From: Camelus dromedarius
Lineage: Eukaryota
DNA: 64,000 bases
NCBI RefSeq assembly: GCF_036321535.1
Contig: NC_087437.1
Location: 18,354,001-18,418,000 of the forward strand
Reading direction: 5' to 3'
Both the position numbers and the translations under genes were made by a program. The notes below the pieces were generated by a model. It was not told the origin of the DNA. It saw only the letters and a program-made list of their open reading frames with translations, and ran no database searches. The stretch's first letter is position 1. Every line of letters begins with the position of its first letter. Below, piece after piece: positions 1-14,400 of this stretch.

Positions 1-1654
1 TAGGCAGACCCATTAAGAGAAGGGAAGAAGATGAAAGTAAATGACAAAATGCTAGGTTAGGGTATATAAGCTGATAAGTGGGAACTAAGTCTCTAAGAAA
101 ACAGCAGGCATCCCCAAGAGGCAGGACCCTCGATGTACAGTCCATCAGCTATGCTTTGCTAAATGAAGCTCCAGTATCACATTTTATATAATGTATCAGA
201 ACTTGGTTAAAACCTTGGTAAGCTTCATTCAGCTTAGTCCTCATAAACAAAAAATCCTCCTGCATAACCCCTATAAACAATATGGAAGATCTGAGAGACA
301 GTTTACAGAAAAAGAGGTAAAGCCCTCAAAAATAGACCACCCTCAGACACTGAGCTAATGGAAGAAGACTAGTAGGTATAGTGTATGTCTCAAGACTTGT
401 GAAAATGCTATTCAAAAACTTGTAGGGAGAATCAGCTTTCAGCATATCACTGCATCATAGCAGTGTTTTCCTGCAGTAATCAAAGAAGGTAATTAAAGAG
501 AAGGATATTATAATTATTATTACCAGGGTTTTTAATGCCAGTGAATTTGGTTGATATTGGAAACACAGTCTGACTATAATATTTAGTTGTTGATTTTCTT
601 AAGTAACTTCCCACCTCTGTTTTCTACTCTGTTTTTCTACAAGATTATGGTTTACTAATTAGAGAACTTTTTCAGGATTTTAACTTTAAAGGTTGGCAAA
701 TGATTCCTATGTATTGTAGAGCTCTGCCATCTAAAAGAGGGGAAGTCAAAAGAGATGCTGGTCAAGTGACTAGGGGAATAGATTTGGGATATGGAAGAAA
801 TGAATTTGGGTGAGCTAAGAACTTTTTGAGGCTCCATGACAATGGTCTTAATGCTCTCAGACTTGGCTTCCCCTTGTAAATGTTTTGTAATGACTGACTC
901 CTGCACTATCCTGAAATTAAATCCACAGTAATATAACCTCACAAACATCCAAAAATAATATAATCCTTCCCTGCTTATAATGTAAAGGGTAAAATTTTAA
1001 AGAAGATAATGTATAAATGTTTCAGTATGTAGACACTTAGGCGTGACTGTGCTAGCAAACTTAATGAAGTATGAATGCAAGAGCTGAAAGTGTGGGCTGA
1101 TATAGGTGTGGTATTGATGATTCAAACACCATGAGTACCACTGACCTGATTTTCCAAAATGAAATAACTTTTAATAAAAAGCATAATTTCCCTTTTATTT
1201 ACAGGGCAGGTAAAATACTGAAAAATACAGTTTTCTTTAAAATTGTGTAAAAAATGCTTTCTATCTATTTTTAAAACTATGGCCAGGAATTTCTAGACAC
1301 CCTCATAAACTTCTGAAATGCCCCTAAGAGTCTCTGATGCCTTCTTCCCCACTTTGAAAACCCATGGTGTTCTAGTGTTCTATATTAAGATAGTACTACT
1401 GACTAATTTGCATAAGTTTTTCTTTTTATTAAATATTCTCTAGTACTAGGCTTATTTTGAGCTATTTATTTTTTCTCCATCTGTCCTCTGGGAACAGCCA
1501 TGTGTTTATGAATCAGTTGGTCATTGGTAGAGATACTCTTATTGTGGAATAGAATTTTACTTCTGGTGAAGTGAAGATCTGAGTGTAGCTAGAATAAAAA
1601 ATACTGGTGAATATATGGGAAATATAAAATATTTTTATTTTTAAATCTCCTTAA

Positions 1655-1965
1655 AAGATAATTGGCTGTTTAAACAAAAGTAGTACAATATATTATGTTG
1701 TTTCTAACTAATTCAAAAATGTATGACAGCAGCACAAAAATGGATGGGGAGATGAAAGTATATGCTTGCAAGTCTCTTACAATATACAGGAAATGGCATG
1801 ATATCCCTTGAAGTTAAACCATGCATATTGTAAATTGTAAAGCAACCACTAAAAAACCCAAAACAGAACCCGAAGAGGTACTGCTAAGACAATAAAGGAG
1901 ATAAAATGGAATCACAAGAAGTATTCAGTCCAGAGAAGTCAGAAAAAGAGGAAAAAAGTAAACAA
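1655..1965 (+). mobile_element. Old L1M fragment (probably inter-ORF region)
   Basis: Motifs such as atgcatattgtaa...agcaaccactaaaa...ataaaatggaatc resemble L1M; no TSD found. Confidence 0.55.
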
Positions 1966-2377
1966 AGTCATGGTCCCTGGAACAGGATCAGATACATTCT
2001 GGGTGCTTTTACTCCCCACTTCCAGGGCTGTGAGTGAGAAGGTGGCCTAGATTTCTTTTTATTCAAAGGATTGGTGGCCTTTTTTGAAAAACTCAACTTT
2101 CTGTATATTAGAAGTCTTTTGCCAATACTGAAGATATCTCCCACTTTCCTCACTTCATTGCTGTCCTGTTTTACAGCCCCGGGTTTACTCAGCATCTGTC
2201 TCTGTCCCTTCTCTTTGGTACTCCAGGTGGAAAAGCATCAATGTTTTCACTATGTCACTAACTTCTGTATGAGCCAATTCAAGATGTTGCCTTATAAAGA
2301 GAAAGTGGGATGATTGATCTTTTATTTTTCTGTGGTGTCTCAACGTACTTTACCCTTTTCTCTTCCCCTTAATTCAG

Positions 2378-2449
2378 AGACATGAAAAATGCTGTAATTG
2401 GAAACAACAAGCAGAAAGCCAACCTCATTGTTTTAGGAGCTGTTCCAAG
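2378..2449 (+). CDS. ARMC8: ARMC8 exon ~3 ([24 protein letters not shown])
   Basis: ttcag|AGACATG...CCAAG|gtgagt; 72 nt, phase 2-2. Confidence 0.96.
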
Positions 2450-5400
2450 GTGAGTTTGCTGTCTTGCCCTTTTCTGCTGTTCATACTAAGTTTCAAGTAT
2501 ATTTCTTATTCTCAACCATAAGATTCATCTTTTTTCTGTATTGTCTGTCCTGTTTTTGAAAAGCCTCTTAATTTTTAAAATAAATGTTTTGGAGTATATG
2601 AAGCATCTCTTTAAAAAATTAAAGTACCAGAGAATGGAATATGAAGCAAATGTATTAATACTTTTTAGAGGTTCAGGTTGATCATTGGGTAGATAGACAG
2701 TCTACACCAGCTTGATTCTTCTGTATCTCCTCAGAGCCTTGGCAGGTTTTATATGATTGGTTGATAACATCTTAGGATTCCCAAAATGTTTTTTGAATTT
2801 AAAAAAAAAAAATCTTGGTTTTTAATACTGCTGTTCTTTTTTAATTTTTAAAATTTGCTGTTTTTTAACTGAACGTGGAAACTTTGATTTCTTCTGATGA
2901 ACTAATAAGCTTCCTTTTGGCAGATGATGACAGTTTTATAAGTTCTCTTTTGTCTTTGCTACTCAGAGCTAAGTTTTATTTGCAATTGCTGTTAAGTTTT
3001 TCATTCAGAATTTTTTTTGATAGAGGAGGTAATTAGGATTTGTTAGTTTATTTACTTTTAATATATTTATTAATTTTTATATATTTATTGTGTGTGTGTA
3101 TATATATTTTTGTTTGTTTGTTTGTTTTAAAGAGAGGTGCTGGGGATTGACCCGAGTACCTCATGCATGCTAAGCACTCACTCTACCACTGAGCTATACC
3201 CTCCCCACACCCCCCAGAATTTTTTAATGTTTTGGTTTTTTCTCTTCTCTCTCTTCTTTTTTTCTTATCTTTTAATGTAGGATTAGTGGTTTCATTGTTT
3301 GTTATCATAATTGATGTTAAATATATTCTTGGTAACTATAAAGCTCTCAGCAGTCTTTCTTTTCTTTTTTTTACTTATTTTTTAACACCTTTATTGTGAT
3401 ATGGTTCCTATACAGTAAACTGCACATATTTCAGATAAGCAATTTGATAAATTTTGATAGATGTATACATCACCACCACAATCAAGATAGCTAACATTTC
3501 CATCACTCCCCAAAGGTATAATTTTCAAATTCCCTGTTTATCCTTTCCCACCCTCTTTAGCCCCTGATAACCACATTTGTTCTCTATGTCTATGAGTCTC
3601 TTTCTGTTTTGTAGAGAAGTTCATTTGTGTCCTTTTTCTTTTAGATTCCACATATAAGTAATATCAAATGGCATTTTTCTTTCTTTTTGGCTTACTTCAC
3701 TTAGAATGATGATCTCCAGGTCCATCATGTGCTGCAAATGGCATTGTTTTATTCTTTGTATGGCTGAGAAGTATTCCATTGTATAAATATACCAGAACTT
3801 CTTTATCCAGTCATCTGTCGATGGACATTTGGGTTGTTTCCATGTCTTGGCTGTTGTAAATAGTGCTGCTGTGAACATTGGGGTACATGTGTCTCAGCAG
3901 CCTTTCTTAGGGGATTAGTGCTCAGTATATATAAATATGCTCTGGGGAGCATGAAGGTTCTACTTAGAACATAAGGGAGATGGTCATAAGTGGTGGATGA
4001 TTAGAGTTTGGGGAGCAGTTGTTTGACAGGCTCAGCTGGAGTAGAAGTAGGAGGATCTGCTGATTCCCCAAATGGGAGAACTGGAGAAAGAAGAGAGCTT
4101 CTCTTGCTTGAAGAGCTACGCGAGGACTCTGAATGTTCCCTCTAGACTAAACGCCTGTGATCTCTGAACTACAGTGCTGGATATTCAGAGTCCTTAAGAT
4201 CCAGCGGCACTTGGCACTGGGAGTCTTCATATCCATGGAGATAACATGGATGGTGCTGCTGCCGTTTGCACAGGGATCACCTGTAGACAACTTTCAGATT
4301 TATATTTCCGACAGACTAAGATAATCTGATAGTTCTCTTGCTTAAAATGATGAAAATCTCTTCTAGATTTCCCCCCTCTCAGATATTCTGTCATTAAATT
4401 AGCAGCTGATATAAAAATATGACCCATTTCCTAGCCCTCTGTAAGCTTTCCAACCATATTTTCAGCATGGGGGATGTATTGGTAGCCTTTTTCTTTTAGC
4501 TAATGTTTACTTTTAAGTTTTTAAGTGTCTTCTGTTTATCAAGTTCTTTCTTTTTAGGTTATTGTACTTGCTTCAGCAAGAAACCTCAAGCACAGAGTTG
4601 AAAACTGAATGTGCAGTGGTATTGGGAAGTCTTGCTATGGGTACTGAAAACAATGTCAAGTCTCTTCTAGATTGCCATATTATCCCTGCCTTACTGCAAG
4701 GTATGTGAGGAAGCCATTTTTATACAAGTAGGAAGTAGAATCAGTTTGCAGTGTTTTAAATACAGGATGAAACCCTGAGTCTCAAATCTATTTTCTGTTA
4801 ATAGGACTACTGTCCCCGGACCTAAAGTTCATTGAAGCTTGCCTCCGATGCCTGCGCACCATCTTTACCAGTCCCGTCACTCCAGAGGAACTACTGTATA
4901 CAGTGAGTTTTAGATGTTTTTGCATCATCAGTTACATTTTACTAATAGCATACATCTCATTTACTTAGCATCTCAAAATGCATCATAACTGTGGTAACTG
5001 TGTTATGTTATAGAAAAGTCTCAAGAAGTATTTGAGTTCTTGCTAATTTGCAAATATCAAATGTTCTAGGCTTTGTAAAGAAGTAAAAAATAGTCTCAGA
5101 TCTTGGGGAATTTATAAGCTGTTCTTTTTTGGGGGGGGTGGGTATAAAGACCCACCTTAATTTCTTAATATATTAGAAATTAAGGCAGTATATTTAATGC
5201 ACTCACTTCAGGTTAAATCCAGTAAAGTAGGCTTTATAGAGAAGATAGAATTTGACCTGGGTCTTGAATACTGGTTAAGATTTCAAGAAGCAGAAAGGGA
5301 GGAAGCCGTTCTAGGAAAGATCTGTGTAAGAGGATATGCAGGGCAGTGGGCAGAGTAGTAGAACACAGGGGCATCAGTGTTCATTTCAGCTGGAGAGGTG

Positions 5401-8400
5401 AATGAGCAGCACTTTGTTGGAGGCTTACCTGCCAGTCTAGAATCAGAGAATACATGTGAGAGAATCCAAAGATCTTTAGAGTCATTCAATGGTTTTTAAA
5501 AATTTTGAGAATTATTAGGGGGTGATTACATGGGACTTCTTAATAAAAATGACCCAAGCCAATATTTTTCAAACACTCTTATCCACAATCCACAGTAAGA
5601 AGTAGTTTCCACTGTCACATTGTGTGTGTGGGGATGGGGAATATCCTGAGATAGTCTTCACAAAACATTCCATAAATGTGGTGCCTTCTGATTTCTAGTC
5701 TATCCTTTTCCATTTAAAAAAAAATGCTGGTTGTGATTCTTTGAACTAACACACAGAATTAGAAGGTCAAAGCAGATACATATGAATCAGAGATGTTGTC
5801 CAGAATCATGTTTTCCAGGTATTTCAAGAATATAAGCAGTAAAGAGGCACAGGCAAAGCAAGGAGGGAGAAGGGAGGGGACATGCCACGTGCCTCCGTAG
5901 CTAGTTTTTCCGACACCAGACACTTGCTCCTCTGGCCCGTAATGCTACATAAGGTCTCCAAGTGAGGTTTGTGGGTGACCTCACAAAGCAGGGAGGTTCT
6001 AAATTAGGAAACATCTGTTTTACCTCAGGGATTTGGGCAGCATTCTTCAGAGAGCCATACCTCAGAAATCTATAGGTTATTTACTACAATGATTCTCAAA
6101 TTTGCACATGCACTAGAATTACCTGGAGAGCTCTTTAAGCACAGAACCCTGGACCCTACGTCCAGAATTTCTGATTCAGTGATTGCGGGTTGGGGCCTGA
6201 GAATATGCATTTCTAACAAGTTTCCCGGTAATTGAGACGCCACTAGTCCATGGACCACTCTGGTTTACTGTAAGCACTTCTAAATTGGGGACATCCTCCT
6301 CAAAGCATTCTACATAGAAAGGCTGTCTTTCTAGTAAATATCAATCTGTTTTCCTGAAGGTCTGATTGTCATGTTTACAAAGAAATTAAACCAGTCACTT
6401 GTCTTGTTTACCCTAGAACTTTCTCCCCAACCCCCAGCCCAGTAATGGGGGAGAAATTGATCCTGGCCAACTGATGTAACTTCTTTCTCCTCTCTCTCTA
6501 AATTGATTTCACGACCCACTAGTGGATCATGGTACATAGTTTTAGAACTCTTATCTACACCAATTTAACTTCTTTACATAAGAAAAATTAAGACACGGGG
6601 ACATTTAAGTGACTTTCACAGGGAGAATGTCTAAATTATGAAATACCTTTATGCCTCAGAGACAGTGGAGAATCCGTGAAAAGTGTTGGGTGGGATAATG
6701 ACAGGGCGTAATATTTCAGTATAGTTAGCTGACATTTGTGAGTTGGATTGTGTACAGGCTGGCTGCCACAGCAACCCAGGCACCAAACTAAAGACAGTGG
6801 AGTCCTGTTGAAGAGGGCAGGATGTCTAGTTTGAAATCCTGTTTATCAGATAGGTGACTGGAGAAATTTTGTAACTGTTCTTTGCATCATTTAATCAGTC
6901 ACAAACTGCAGATATATACTGCAGATATATAACACAATTGGCAGAAAGGGTCAAATGTGAAGAAATGGAGTAAGGGCTGTTGTAACAGGAAAACTGAGAG
7001 ATGAGAGAGCAATAGAGGAAAGGAGGGAGGTAAAAGTAGTTTTAGGAGCCTGATAGAGGCTTTTTTATCTTCCTCTCAATTGCCTCTTCTCTCTTAGCTG
7101 CAACCTACTTCCCTTTCTTCTGTCAGTGGAACCACTGTTGTCATCCCTGCTCCTCCCCATCTGTAAAATAGATGTGTACTTTACATTCTCGTCTCTTCTT
7201 TTATGCATTTGGTAGCTGACTTTCTTTGAAGTTTTCTGAGGTTTTCATTTTGTTTTTAAACTACTTATGATAACAGAGTTACACTAACAAGCAAGGGGAA
7301 AAGATTCTACTTGTAGGCAATCAACAGCCTTCTGTTTTCTGACTTAGCTTTTATGTATCCTGGGCTTTCTTTTCTTTCTAAGGAAAACCCCAAATCTTGT
7401 TTATCCCAACAGTGGTATTCTTTTAACTTTCTTTCCTTGCCCTCTGTTGTCTTTTGTCAAAGTGTGGTCTGTGGACCAGCATCAGCCATCATTTGGGAGC
7501 TAGTTAGAATGCAGGATCTTAGGTCCTACTCCAAACCTACGGAATCAGAAGCTGTACATAAAGAAAATCCCCTGAGAATTTACATACACATTCATACCTG
7601 AGAGGCATCGCTATAGGATCTGTGACAGCATTGACCAGGGGGCTTGAGCTGTCTCCTATTCTGTCTGTGGTTCAAGCCAGATATCCTTTCAACGTTTAAT
7701 TCTTTCTGTACTCTAAGAAAAAGGACATTTTTGGAGAGCCCTGCAGCAGGCTGGGTAGATTCTTCTCTCTTCTCGTGTATCATCATGTATGTTGCTAAGT
7801 GTCAGTAGTAGGCAGAGAGTGGGCTATTAAGTGAGAAGTTGCTATTTTATAAGTTGTTTTGTGAAGACTGAAACTAGCTAACTATGGTTATTATGAATGT
7901 TAATCTGTTACTGATACTTATCATAACATCTCAAATCAAAATTATCAAGTTTTATCTTAATACAGTAATTCTTCCTTAGAAATTATGTATTATTATATAT
8001 CTTATTAATTATGTCACATTTTGGTCTCAGAATAGATTTATGTCAGGTCTTACTGAAATTATTTTGTTTTATTGTGGGGATGTAGGCTGTTTATGGGAGA
8101 GAAATTGAGAATTTCATATTTTTGTATTTTGTTGTCAAGGATAAAATTGAAACCCCTTTCCTTGTCCTTTTCCTAATAGTTCTGATGTCCGTGTTGCTTT
8201 TGTGTTGCTGTGTTCCTTGAAGAGATTTAATTTACTGTCATTAGGATAAGAGGCTTACTAGCTCATGGAAAATACTTATTAGAGGTGCTCCCCATGTCTA
8301 AGTTCTTTGTTGCTATGCTCTTCTTCCCTTTGACTTCAGGATGCTACGGTGATACCGCACCTCATGGCGCTGCTTAGCAGGTCCCGCTACACCCAGGAGT

Positions 8401-11400
8401 ACATCTGTCAGATCTTCTCCCACTGCTGTAAAGTAAGAACCAGAATGAATGTTCTCTGTAGTATAAAATCTTACGTACCCTCAGGAGATTACCTCCTTTG
8501 TGCATCCTCCTAGAGCTAATCTATACATATATAAGCAGATCTAATGTATATATCCCCCCCCCCTTTTTTGGACACAAATGGTAGCATTACCATCCATACT
8601 GTTTTGCATCTTGCAGTTTTCACTTAACCTTTTTTTTTTTTTTAAGTGGAGGTACTGAGGATTGAACCCAGGACCTTGTGCATGCTAGGCATGCACTTTA
8701 CCACTGAGCTATACCCGCCTCCCCCCACTTAACCTCTTGAAAGATATTCCATATCAGTACATAAGGAGCTTCCTCATTCTTTTTGTAAACAGGCATACAG
8801 TATTTTATTGTATAGATGTATAATAATTTATTTAACCAGTCTTCTGTTGTCAGACATTTAGCTTGTTTCCAGTCTTATTTCAAAAAAGTGCTGTAGTCAA
8901 TATGTTGTATGTAAGACATTTTATAAAAAACAGAATTGCTGAGTCAAAGAGTGTGAGCATTTGTAATTTTACCACATGCCTTAGTAGAGGTTATATAGTT
9001 TTACACTCCGACCAGCCATGTGTGGTCATGACTTCCCCTACACCCTCAGGTTGCACACTGTTGGAAATTGTTTTGTGATCTCATATAAGGAGAAATAAGA
9101 GAAATTTCGGTTATTAAAAGTGCCTGAACCTAAACTGAAGAATGCTCTGCAGTGCTACTTATTTTGCTTCACAGTTTATATATTGAGTGTACTCTTTTGA
9201 TAGCCATGATTTGCTAACTTTTAACCAAATGATTGTTTATCTTCTGATTATACATTTTTCAGGACCTGAAATCACATACGTGTCATTTATAATTACAAAT
9301 ATAAAGTGAGGTGTTTGGGGAACTATAGGAAAGAATGAAAAGTGAACAACTGCATACTAAACTAGGAAGATCTCAGATTTATGCTATTTTAGAACAGTTT
9401 CCCAAATATAAATTAAATCACTTGGTTTCAGAAGTATCTATAGATTATAACTTAAACCTTTAAACCCCCTTCCAAATCCTAGCTGATTGTCACTCTATTT
9501 AAGACATCCAGAATTTAAGATTTTTGTCGAAAGTCTTTGCAGTTTCTCTCCCTGGATTGCTTTGACAATGTGGAAGCCAACGCACAGGACCAGGGGTGTC
9601 AATTTCTTAACCTTTTGAGGAGGGTAAAGAAAATCTTTGAGAAAAGAACAATTTCATTGCAATTCATTTATTAAAAATGAGTTGAAGTAATAAGAGTCTA
9701 GAATTTTCCAACATTAAGTGATGTCTTATAGCCAGCCCTGGCAGATAGGTGGAAAAGGATACTCCAGAGCTCTGTGCCTCATTAAAAATCTTATAGCATC
9801 TGTACCCGAGTGCTTGAGAGCACAGCATCTACTATTCATGATCACAGCAATCCCAAAAGGCAGTAAAAATTGGACCTGGAGGCTTAACTACTACATGTCA
9901 AATTATTGTGTTAAATTATCAGACATTTGAATAATCCCATTTCTGAAGTTACCCATATAGTTTTTAGAATTTCGCATCAGAAATTTCCCGACATTTTTAG
10001 GCTTACTCATCTGAAGCTTCTCAATGCTGTTTTAGCTGAAATCATAGATGAAAGAATACTATTAAATCACTGGTTCTTTTGCTGGAGAGCAACTTATGCT
10101 GAACAAGAATTTACAGGCACCCTCTAACAGAACAAAGATGCCACTAACAGAACAAAGATGTTATCAGAGAAAGTCACCTGAACTCTGCTTTCCTTTAGCC
10201 TGATAATTAGCATTTGCCACTGTAATTAAATGATCCAGTTTAAGTGTTCTGAGATACAATAGATCTCAGGAAACATTAGAGCGTTTTTAAACCCAGAGAT
10301 GATAGTAATAGCCTAAAATGCAATATTAATTTCCCTATTGATACACCAACAACATGGATTTTTAAAAACAACAGACTGATGATCTCTGTATTTAATTATT
10401 AAAACCTTTTATTTTCGTATTGATTAGTTTACATATAGGCCCAAAATAAAATTAATAACATCATTTTAAGACTCATTTACAAACTTGCATATACTGGTAT
10501 CAATATTAAATAAATTTGCATACTTTGGGAAGGGGAGACAGAAAAAGATTACTAAAGCATTTGTGTTATAAGCTAATCATAATTATATTTTTGAAATTCT
10601 CTCCCTGATTTACTAAGGATCAATAAAAGGCTAGTAATAATATTAATTGGAAATCTAACGTCTAAATTGTTGCCACTTTTTAAGCAGTTACTCGAATTTC
10701 TAAGACCTGTCTTTTGGAGTTTCAGATCATGAAGGCTTCTATGCTTCCCACCCTGTGCACGCTGCTTCACTACCCCAGGTTCATGCAGGTCGATTTGGAG
10801 AGACTAAAGGAGACTTGTTAAGAGTGGAACAGTTGTTCCTCCTCTTTAGTTGGTTTAGCCACTAGATTTTTCCTTGCAGTTAGTTTTACACAATCCTATG
10901 TACAACCACAGAGAGGAAGAAGAGCTTCTTTTGTAACAAACATTTGCTGCTATCTTTGGGCAAAGAACGTGAGGGAGAAAAAAGTCCGATATCTTGTAAG
11001 CGGTGGGGAACTGTTATGTACAAAGAATTGCATTGTGCTTCACCATCACTTACAAACATAGCTCCAAGACTGAAAACAATCTAGTGTCTGACTGTAGGGT
11101 ACTAGTTAAAGCATGGGACATTCATACAATGGATTAAGGCCAAAAAAGAAATGAGAAACCTCTTTATGTACTGATATGAATGATCACTGAGTTGTATTAT
11201 AAAGGAAATAAAAGGTTTAGAGCCATACACACACACACACACACATATGTATACTCATATATAATGTGTATTCTATAGTATGTATATAGTATTTGTATAT
11301 AGTATTATATGTATAGTATTATTCTACCATTTGTGTTAAAACAGGGGGAAAGAATATACTTATGTATTTGTATACATATAAACTGTCTTGAAGAATATAA

Positions 11401-14400
11401 ATTAATCTGTTAGTATTAGGTCACCTCAAGGCAGGAGAAGGGATTGGCTGAATACAGAGGTGGAAGAAGAGTGAGGTACAGGGGTGGAGGCAGCCACCTC
11501 TCTATTCAGCTATTCTGCTAAACATTACCAGTATTTAAATTAGGATGTTAAAATTTATAAGAAAGGCAAAAAAAGAACCTTGGCCAAGGCTAATTGGGGC
11601 TCATCTTCCTAATTTATTCTAGTTACCTGCTTATTAATAGGTAAGAAAAAAATGAGTCAGATTCTTAGGAGACCCTTCTTTTCCTTAGCTCCTCCATTAC
11701 ATTCTCCACCACTATCCTTATAATGAATAAGCCAGAAACTCCTATGTTTCAAATGAGATAATTCAAGTAAAGCATTTAGAGCAATATCCAGCACATAGCA
11801 AGTACCCCAGTAAGTAATACCTATAATTATAATTGCAGATGCATGGATGAGGATGAGGTAGGAAGACAGCACAGTTCAAACCTGTGCCCTGAGAACGTCA
11901 GTTTTTTCAGTCATTATAAAAGCAAGTTTGCACTATACTGGACGGATATGTAGTGATAAATACATCAAGCAATTGTTTTCTGGAAATTTGTCCTCATACT
12001 CAAAGGATCTGCCCAGATGCATGTTGTTAATAATGTTCAGCAAAATGTTGTTTATAATTGTGAGATATTAGAAACTATCTAAAATATGTAATTGGGGTTT
12101 GAGTAAACTGGAATATTATATAGTGATTAAAAATAAGAAATTAGAAGTTAGAAAATTTATAGACTTCAATTTGAAAACAACTATGCTAAATTTTTAAAAT
12201 GTAAAGAAAAGTAAGAGAGAAATTGCCGAATTTTTTTGAAGAACCCTTTTAATAGTGTGTAAGATGTTTAGGGGATTGTTACTTATAAAATAGAATATGG
12301 CTGTTTTAACATTCAGAAGTATGAATCCTAATATCCCTACGTCAAACGATGGATATTTTGGTTTAAGAAGGAATGAGTATCTGCAAGATAGTTGTAGCTT
12401 GACTAAATAGTGAGTTCGAGAAGCTGGTTTGAGAGCTGTTTTTCTGGAGTAGGACCTGATTTCTTCTGGTGAACCCAGACAGGTAGCCTACCATTCAGCA
12501 GTACATTTTTCTCTTCTAGATAATGATAAGCATGAAGTACCATCCTTGCCTTGGCTTTAATTGACTTTGAGTGGATGAGTGGACATAAAAGAAATGAATA
12601 AGTAATGGCAAATTTGAAGCCTGGCATTAATCTTTAGCTTGTGCCACTGAAGATCTTTAGTAAATTGATTAGTAGAAAACAAGAGTTGATGAAAAATAAA
12701 ATACCTGAATTTTCCTATTACTTCACCTTCTTACTCTAAGAAGTGATAATTTTAAGAAGAGAAATGAGAGAGATGGAGAACTAAAACATGTTTATCTCTC
12801 AGTTATAGAGTGTTGTGTTTCTCACTACTCAAACCTCCCGGATATGTTCAGACAGTTTAGGTTCTGGTCTAGTTCCTCTAGCAGTTAATTGGTTGTTGGG
12901 GTCCCCTGACTAGGTCATGAGTCTTAAGTTGTAGGAATGACTGTACTGTCTCCTGTGGGCATTGGGTAAGGGTGTGCACGTTAAATGCAGAGTTCGGAGT
13001 GCCTCTGTTGCTGTGATGGTGTGCTTCTTTAAGAATTGCAAAGGGCCTATGCTGGGAACGCTTCTGTGCCCCCTTATTGTTTTGAGGAAGTAAGGAGGCA
13101 GCACTTCCGTAGAACTGGGATGAGAGGTAAGACGTGGCTGCCCTTTGCAGGACTAAGAACAGTGTCTGTCTGCTTTGGGGGGATGGATTTACACAAGAGA
13201 AGGGTAACAGAATTCTACAGTGTAGTGAATATGGTTTTCTACATTTAAGTAAATGTTTTATTGGAATGAATCATTACTCTTCTTAATGTACTATTATATT
13301 CTCTTTTCTTACAGGGTCCAGATCATCAAACAGTTTTATTTAACCATGGTGCAGTTCAGAATATTGCTCACCTACTAACCTCAGTATCTTATAAAGTAAG
13401 ATGTTAAAAATTATGGCCATTTTTATACTTTATTTTTGGTTTCTAGAGTCTTGCTCTAGAAAGAGGCCCACATATTTTATTGCTTCTTTGATAGATACAT
13501 TGTGATCAAGAGTAGTATGTCAGTAAGTATTATGGGGCACTGTTATATCAATGAAATGCTCTTTTAAAAAAAAGAAAAACCCTGGCCTTTCAATTTTTTT
13601 TTTTTTCCCAGAATATGGTTGTGGTATAAGTTGCTATTGATTTTTACCTGGATCATTAGTCTCTTCTGGTAAGGTGTCAGTGCCAAAGCTTCGTGCCTTG
13701 AAGTATATAGGAGCAATGGCTTGCTGTATCAGGAAAGGCTTTGGATTTCCTATTTCAAACCTTTATTTAGCCACAGTGACTCAAACTTATACCATGTACC
13801 CACACATACATCAACATTTAAAATGTGTTCTCTTTTGTATTTTGAGTTTAAAAAGTCAAGGGTTTTCAGACTTGTTAATTAAATTTCTTTACCATCTTTT
13901 ATATATAGGTAAGCAGTATCATGATATACTGTCAGACATAGGTTAAAACTTAGTCATTTCATTATTGTCCAATTGGACAGTTGTAGCAAATATTGGGACA
14001 TTGTCTTTATTGTGTCACATTAGAACTAAGTGTGCCAGAAATTTCCTGTAGAGCAGAGAAGCAATCATTTTTGTCCTCTGTCCGTTTGTACTGATCTTTT
14101 GGTCCTTAGCTTTATTGCAGGTATGGCCTGCTAATACGTATATTTTCCCTACCTCAGACATCCAGAGTTAGGTCTTGGTGAAGATCTCACAAGGATGGGA
14201 ATAGGGAATGGTACCAGCTTGAAACTAGCCAGAAGCAAGGGAAGGAAATGTATACTGAGAGCTGCTTCCTCTACTCTGTACCACATGGAGGCTGAGACCA
14301 GCCAGCACTTGCATATCAGGAAACAGTTGCTGGGGTGGCGATTTACTGCCCCTCTTCTCCATCCTCTAGCTTCATTAATTCCCCCAGTTCTTCCTCCATT

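Noticed and set aside
3130..3210. tRNA genes at the SINE heads (also about 8650-8720 and 55985-56060)
   Set aside because: A and B boxes are present, but they are followed by SINE tails and TSDs, and the stems are degenerate.
4805..8432. Exons ~5 and ~6 each have 4 CpGs while neighbouring exons ~4 and ~7 have none
   Set aside because: Counts are too small to separate from codon composition without ortholog alignment.
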